From NCBI GenBank assembly GCA_035628835.1, contig DASPJA010000022.1, positions 8,894 to 72,893 of the forward strand: 64,000 bases of DNA, in the 5' to 3' direction. Source of the DNA: Allosphingosinicella sp. Its GTDB lineage: Bacteria > Pseudomonadota > Alphaproteobacteria > Sphingomonadales > Sphingomonadaceae. A model generated the notes under the pieces. It made no database searches, was not told where the DNA came from, and worked only from the letters and a program-made list of their open reading frames with translations. This document shows, piece after piece, positions 59,283-64,000 of the stretch. Numbering within the stretch: position 1 is the stretch's first letter; each line of letters starts with the position of its first letter. Both the position numbers and the translations under genes were made by a program.

Positions 59283-59305
59283 TAATCGGTGCCTGGCACC
59301 AATCA
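59283..59305. repeat. Family F 23-bp palindrome (overlaps the comEC stop)
   Basis: taatcggtgcc-t-ggcaccaatca. Confidence 0.85.
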
Positions 59306-61423
59306 GCGGATCCAGGGGTGGCGGTCGCCGCCGGCGACGGTGGAGACCCGCGGAGCGGCGCCGAGCGTGATGGCGAGGCCGCCGCTCCTGGCCAGCATCG
59401 CCCGGTCCGCCTTCAGCCAGCGCGGCCGGCAGGCGGCGGGCAGCCGCCGGTCCGAGACAACGATGTCGGCCCCGGCACAGGCCTCGAGCAGCGCCGGCAC
59501 CGGAACAAGCCGGTCGCTTCGGCTGGCGAGCAGGCGCCAGCCGCGCAGATCGGCGACGCAGAAATCGGCGCTGCACTCGGCGCCGCGCAGCGCCTCCAGC
59601 TCCCCCGCCTCCCCTTCCAGGCCGGCGCTCTGGGTCATCAGATCGCGGACATAGTCGCCCGCCCGGCCCCGAAGCAGGGCCAGGTCGCCGGACGGCGTGC
59701 GCAAAGCGAGGTGGCGGCCGTCACCGGTGACGAGCAGATCGGGCACCGGGGCCAGCACGGCCGCCGCGGCGCCCGCCGCGGCCGGAACCAGCCCCCAGCG
59801 GCGCCACCGGCCGCGCCACAGCGCCAGCCAGAGCCCGCCGCCCAGCATCAGGGCGAAGGCGGCCGTGGGCATGACCGGCAGCCTCGCCACGGCCCCCGGC
59901 GCCGCGGCGGTGGCGTGGGCGAGGCCGAGGAGGAGATCGAGCGCGGCGCCCGCCAGCCACCAGAAAGGCGCGCCGAGGCCGGCCAGGTCGAAGAGCAAGG
60001 CGAGCGCCTCGAGCGGCATGATGATGAAGGTCGTCAGCGGGATGGCGACGATATTGGCCAGCGCCCCGTACAGGCCGGCCTGATGGAAATGCCAGAGCGC
60101 GATCGGGATGAGCGCGAGCTCGACGGCGAGGCCGGTGAGGACGAGGCCGAGCAGGAAGCGGCCGAGCTTCATCGGCCACAGCTCCTCGCGGCGGGCGAGC
60201 AGGGCGCGCACACGCGGATGCTCGTGCAGGGCGACGATGGCGGTGATCGCGGCGAAGCTCATCTGGAAGCTCGCGCCGGGCAGCGATTCCGGCCAGAGCA
60301 GGAGGACGATCAGAGCGCCCACCGCGACCAGCCGGAGGGTCACCGCGTCCCGCCCCAGCGCGATCCCGAGCAGGACCAGCAAGGCGGCGATGCACGAGCG
60401 GATCGTCGGCACCTCGGCGCCGGTAAGCAGCGTGTAGGCGACGCCCGCCAGAGCGCCGGCGCCCGCCGCGACGAGGACGAGCCGGAACCGGAGCGCGAGC
60501 ACCGGGCTGAGAGCGAGCAGCTTCAGGGTGAGAAGCATCACCGCGCCGACCACCGCGGTGAGGTGGAGGCCGCTGACGGAGAGCAGATGGGCGAGGCCGG
60601 AGCGGCGCATCGCCTCCGCATCCGCCTCGGGGATGCCGCCCTGGTCGCCGGTGGCGAGCGCGGCCGCGATTCCGCCCGGGCCGCCCGGCAGCCGAGCCCG
60701 GATGTGATCGGCGAGGCTCTGCCGGGCGACGGCAAGGCGGGCCCGCCAGCCCTGGTCGCCCGGCGGAGCGACGAGGCGCACCACCGTGACCCGGCCGGTC
60801 CCGCCTATCCCCTGGAACCAGGCGGCGCGGGCGAAATCATAGGCGCCGGGAAGCGCGGCGGGGGCCGGCGGCATCAGGTAGCCGCGCAGCCGGACGACGG
60901 CGCCCGGATCGAGGCCGGCCGGGGCCTTCGCCGAATCGACATTGACCCTGAGGCGCGGCGGCAGCGAGGATCCGGCGGCCGGCCTCACCACAAGCCGGAC
61001 CACATCCCGGGCCGGCAGCCGCTGGAAGCTTTCGACGGCCGCGTCGAACTCGGCGGCGCGCGGCTGGGTCAGCACCGGCGCCGCGACCCGCTCCGCCTTC
61101 CACCAGATGTTGCCGCAGCCGATCATCGCGGCCAGGCAGAAGATCGAGAGCGCCCGGCTCCAGCGCGTCCCGGGAGCGAGCGCCAGGGGCGCCAGCGCCA
61201 GCGCCGCCGCCAGCAGCAGGAAGGCCGTCCAGGCGCGGATGTCCGGCAAGGCGAACCAGGCGGCGGTGCCGAGACCGAGGCCGACTGGGAGCCAGAGCGG
61301 CAACTGGTCGCGCTCGAGGTCGGCGAGATGCTCGAGGCGGCAGGACAACCGCGTCATCCCGGACTTGATCCGGGATCCATGAACACCGGAGTCCGAGGCG
61401 AGATCGAGGGCACCCGTGTTCAT
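59303..61423 (-). CDS. comEC: ComEC/Rec2 competence membrane protein (start 61423 or 61357)
   Basis: SGLAHLLSVSGLH, SFQMSFAA, GAYDFARAAWF. Confidence 0.9.
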   Translation of the reverse strand: MNTGALDLASDSGVHGSRIKSGMTRLSCRLEHLADLERDQLPLWLPVGLGLGTAAWFALPDIRAWTAFLLLAAALALAPLALAPGTRWSRALSIFCLAAMIGCGNIWWKAERVAAPVLTQPRAAEFDAAVESFQRLPARDVVRLVVRPAAGSSLPPRLRVNVDSAKAPAGLDPGAVVRLRGYLMPPAPAALPGAYDFARAAWFQGIGGTGRVTVVRLVAPPGDQGWRARLAVARQSLADHIRARLPGGPGGIAAALATGDQGGIPEADAEAMRRSGLAHLLSVSGLHLTAVVGAVMLLTLKLLALSPVLALRFRLVLVAAGAGALAGVAYTLLTGAEVPTIRSCIAALLVLLGIALGRDAVTLRLVAVGALIVLLLWPESLPGASFQMSFAAITAIVALHEHPRVRALLARREELWPMKLGRFLLGLVLTGLAVELALIPIALWHFHQAGLYGALANIVAIPLTTFIIMPLEALALLFDLAGLGAPFWWLAGAALDLLLGLAHATAAAPGAVARLPVMPTAAFALMLGGGLWLALWRGRWRRWGLVPAAAGAAAAVLAPVPDLLVTGDGRHLALRTPSGDLALLRGRAGDYVRDLMTQSAGLEGEAGELEALRGAECSADFCVADLRGWRLLASRSDRLVPVPALLEACAGADIVVSDRRLPAACRPRWLKADRAMLARSGGLAITLGAAPRVSTVAGGDRHPWIR

Positions 61424-61449
61424 GGATTCCGGCCTTCGCCGGAATGACG
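61352..61449. repeat. Family B element overlapping the comEC 5' end
   Basis: cgtcatcccggacttgatccgggatccatgaac...gttcatggattccggccttcgccggaatgacg; arms near-identical to 33371-33467. Confidence 0.9.
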
Positions 61450-61559
61450 GAGAGGGCGGTGACGCTTTACCCCCGCGCCCCTTTGTCGCGGCCGGTCCGC
61501 TATGCTAGGGGCGCTTGCCAAACCGGCCGTCATGGCCCGCATCCTTGGAGAAAAGGCGC

Positions 61560-62993
61560 TTGAGCGCAACCGTCCAGCCCGGCGAGGTCGTCACCCGTTT
61601 TGCGCCCTCGCCGACCGGCTTCCTGCACATCGGCAACGCCCGAACCGGCCTGTTCAGCTGGCTCTACGCCCGCCACCATGGCGGCCGCGCCCTTCTGCGC
61701 ATCGAGGACACGGATGCGGCCCGCTCCACCCAGGAGGCGATCGACGTCATCCTCGACGGCCTCAAATGGCTCGGAATCGACTGGGACGGCCACGAATATT
61801 ACCAATCGCAATTCCAGGCGCGCCACGCCGAGGTGGCCCATGAGCTCGTCGCCCGGGGGCACGCCTATCGCTGCTACATGAGCGCCGAGGAGCTGGCCGA
61901 CGGCCGAGCCAGGGCGCAGTCGGAGCGGCGGCCCTACCGGGTCGAGAGTCCGTGGCGGGATGGCGCGCCCGGGGCGCCGGCCCCCGACTCCCCCTTCGTC
62001 GTCCGGCTCAAGGCGCCGCGCGAGGGCGAGACGGCGATCGACGACCTCGTCCAGGGGCGGGTCACCGTCCAGAATGCGGAGCTTGACGACATGGTGCTGC
62101 TCCGCTCGGACGGCACCCCCACCTACATGCTGGCGGTGGTGGTCGACGATCACGACATGGGCGTGACCCATGTCATCCGGGGCGACGACCATCTCAACAA
62201 CGCGTTTCGCCAGCTCGGAATCATCAGGGCCATGGGCTGGCCCGAGCCGGTCTACGCCCACGTGCCGCTGATCCACGGCCCGGACGGCGCCAAGCTCTCC
62301 AAGCGCCACGGCGCGCTGGGGGTCGACGATTATCGCGACGAGCTCGGGATCCTCCCGGAGGCCCTGTTCAACTATCTCCTCCGCTTGGGCTGGGGCCATG
62401 GCGACGACGAGGTGATCTCGAAGGAGCAGGCGATCCAGTGGTTCGACCTCGCCCAGGTCGGCAAGTCGCCGTCGCGCTTCGACATCAAGAAGCTCGAAAA
62501 TCTGAACGGCCATTATATCCGCGAGGCCGATGACGGCCGCCTCGCCGGGCTCGTCGCGCCCCGCGCCGGCCGGCTGATCGGGCGCGACCTCGGCACCGCC
62601 GAGATCGAGCTTCTCGTCCGGGCCATGCCGGAGCTGAAACCCCGGGCGAAGAACCTCAACGAACTTGCTGAAAACTCAGTGTTCCTGTTTCAGTCACGCC
62701 CACTCGACTTCGACGAAAAGGCCAGCCAGCTGCTCGCCGGCGACGCCCCCCGCCTGCTCGCGCGCGCCTGGAGTGCACTCTATGCGCTTGACGAATGGAC
62801 GGCGCTCGCCACAGAGGCGGCGGTGCGCAGCACAGCGGAAGGCGCCGGGGTCAAGCTCGGCCAGGTGGCGCAGCCGCTCCGAGCCGCGCTCACCGGACGG
62901 GCGACCTCGCCCGGAATATTCGATGTTCTGGTCCTGCTGGGGCGCGAGGAGAGCCTCGCCCGCATCGCGGACCGGATGGACGGAGCAGAATAG
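61560..62993 (+). CDS. gltX: Glutamate--tRNA ligase
   Basis: [26 protein letters not shown]; TTG start after GGAGA. Confidence 0.96.
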   Translation: MSATVQPGEVVTRFAPSPTGFLHIGNARTGLFSWLYARHHGGRALLRIEDTDAARSTQEAIDVILDGLKWLGIDWDGHEYYQSQFQARHAEVAHELVARGHAYRCYMSAEELADGRARAQSERRPYRVESPWRDGAPGAPAPDSPFVVRLKAPREGETAIDDLVQGRVTVQNAELDDMVLLRSDGTPTYMLAVVVDDHDMGVTHVIRGDDHLNNAFRQLGIIRAMGWPEPVYAHVPLIHGPDGAKLSKRHGALGVDDYRDELGILPEALFNYLLRLGWGHGDDEVISKEQAIQWFDLAQVGKSPSRFDIKKLENLNGHYIREADDGRLAGLVAPRAGRLIGRDLGTAEIELLVRAMPELKPRAKNLNELAENSVFLFQSRPLDFDEKASQLLAGDAPRLLARAWSALYALDEWTALATEAAVRSTAEGAGVKLGQVAQPLRAALTGRATSPGIFDVLVLLGREESLARIADRMDGAE

Positions 62994-64000
62994 ATGGCGG
63001 ACGGACAGGCCACACTCACCCTCGGCGCGGCCGGCAGCGAGGGCAACAGCCACGGCTTTCCCGTGCGACAGGGCTCGGTCGGCCCCGACGTCATCGACAT
63101 CCGCAAGCTCTATGCGGAGACGGGCGCCTTCACCTACGATCCCGGCTTCACCTCGACCGCCGCCTGCGAGAGCGCGATCACCTATATCGACGGCGACCAG
63201 GGCATATTGCTCCACCGCGGCTATCCGATCGACCAGCTCGCCGAGCATTCGACCTTCATGGAGGTCTGCTACCTGCTCCTCAACGGCGAGCTTCCGAAGA
63301 AGGACGTGCTCGACAATTTCACCCACACGATCATGCGCCACACCATGCTTCACGAGCAGCTGGCGACCTTCTATCGCGGGTTCCGGCGCGACGCCCATCC
63401 GATGGCGATCATGTGCGGGGTGGTCGGCGCCCTCTCCGCCTTCTACCATGATTCGACCGACATCACCGATCCCAAGCAGCGCATGATCGCCAGCCACCGG
63501 CTGATCGCGAAGATGCCGACGATCGCGGCCATGGCCTACAAATATTCGATCGGCCAGCCGTTCATGTACCCCCAGAACAACCTCACCTACACGGGCAACT
63601 TCCTGAGGATGACGTTCGGCGTTCCCGCCGAATCCTACGAGGTCAACCCGATCGTCGAGCGGGCGATGCGGCGGATCTTCATCCTCCATGCCGATCATGA
63701 GCAGAACGCCTCGACCTCGACGGTGCGGCTCGCCGGCTCGTCGGGCGCGAACCCCTTCGCCTGCATCGCCGCCGGAATCGCCTGCCTTTGGGGGCCGGCC
63801 CATGGCGGCGCCAACGAGGCGGCCCTGAACATGCTCCACGAGATCGGCCATCCGCGGCGGATCCCCGAGTTCATCGCCCGAGCCAAGGACAAGGACGATC
63901 CGTTCCGGCTGATGGGCTTCGGCCACCGCGTCTACAAGAATTACGACCCGCGCGCCAAGGTGATGCAGGCGACGGCTCAGGAGGTGCTGAAGGAGATGGG
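62994..64000 (+). CDS. gltA: Citrate synthase (truncated by window end)
   Basis: ATG 62994; [39 protein letters not shown]. Confidence 0.96.
   Translation, partial: MADGQATLTLGAAGSEGNSHGFPVRQGSVGPDVIDIRKLYAETGAFTYDPGFTSTAACESAITYIDGDQGILLHRGYPIDQLAEHSTFMEVCYLLLNGELPKKDVLDNFTHTIMRHTMLHEQLATFYRGFRRDAHPMAIMCGVVGALSAFYHDSTDITDPKQRMIASHRLIAKMPTIAAMAYKYSIGQPFMYPQNNLTYTGNFLRMTFGVPAESYEVNPIVERAMRRIFILHADHEQNASTSTVRLAGSSGANPFACIAAGIACLWGPAHGGANEAALNMLHEIGHPRRIPEFIARAKDKDDPFRLMGFGHRVYKNYDPRAKVMQATAQEVLKEM

Overview
High-GC alphaproteobacterial chromosome segment, most likely Sphingomonadaceae (inferred from gene content and order). It is mostly core genome: rlmD, nnr, ispE, ETF-QO, dnaE, lolCD, proS, infA, ppdK, glyQS, rplY-pth, recA, pyrB, a ParA/SPOR cluster, serB-miaA-ilvC, mutL, mreBCD-mrdA-rodA, comEC, gltX-gltA. 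I saw no tRNA, rRNA, CRISPR array, transposase or integrase. The notable structure is sub-genic. At least six families of palindromic repeats (about 19 full or partial copies) fill intergenic gaps. Some are also inserted in frame in dnaE, glyS and mutL, and others supply start codons, stop codons or Shine-Dalgarno sequences to host genes. At three co-oriented junctions (glyQ-glyS, glyS-ppdK, miaA-ilvC) the repeat lies inside a short 'bridge' ORF. Each bridge starts on the upstream stop codon and ends on or next to the downstream start codon. Other candidates are a sigma54-driven sRNA, a second structured sRNA, a TPR gene with a probable AUU/AUC start, an internally deleted enoyl-CoA hydratase, a small gene flanked by 23-bp palindromes, and LexA, CtrA and EcfG-type sites. 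All calls come from manual reading; no searches were run.
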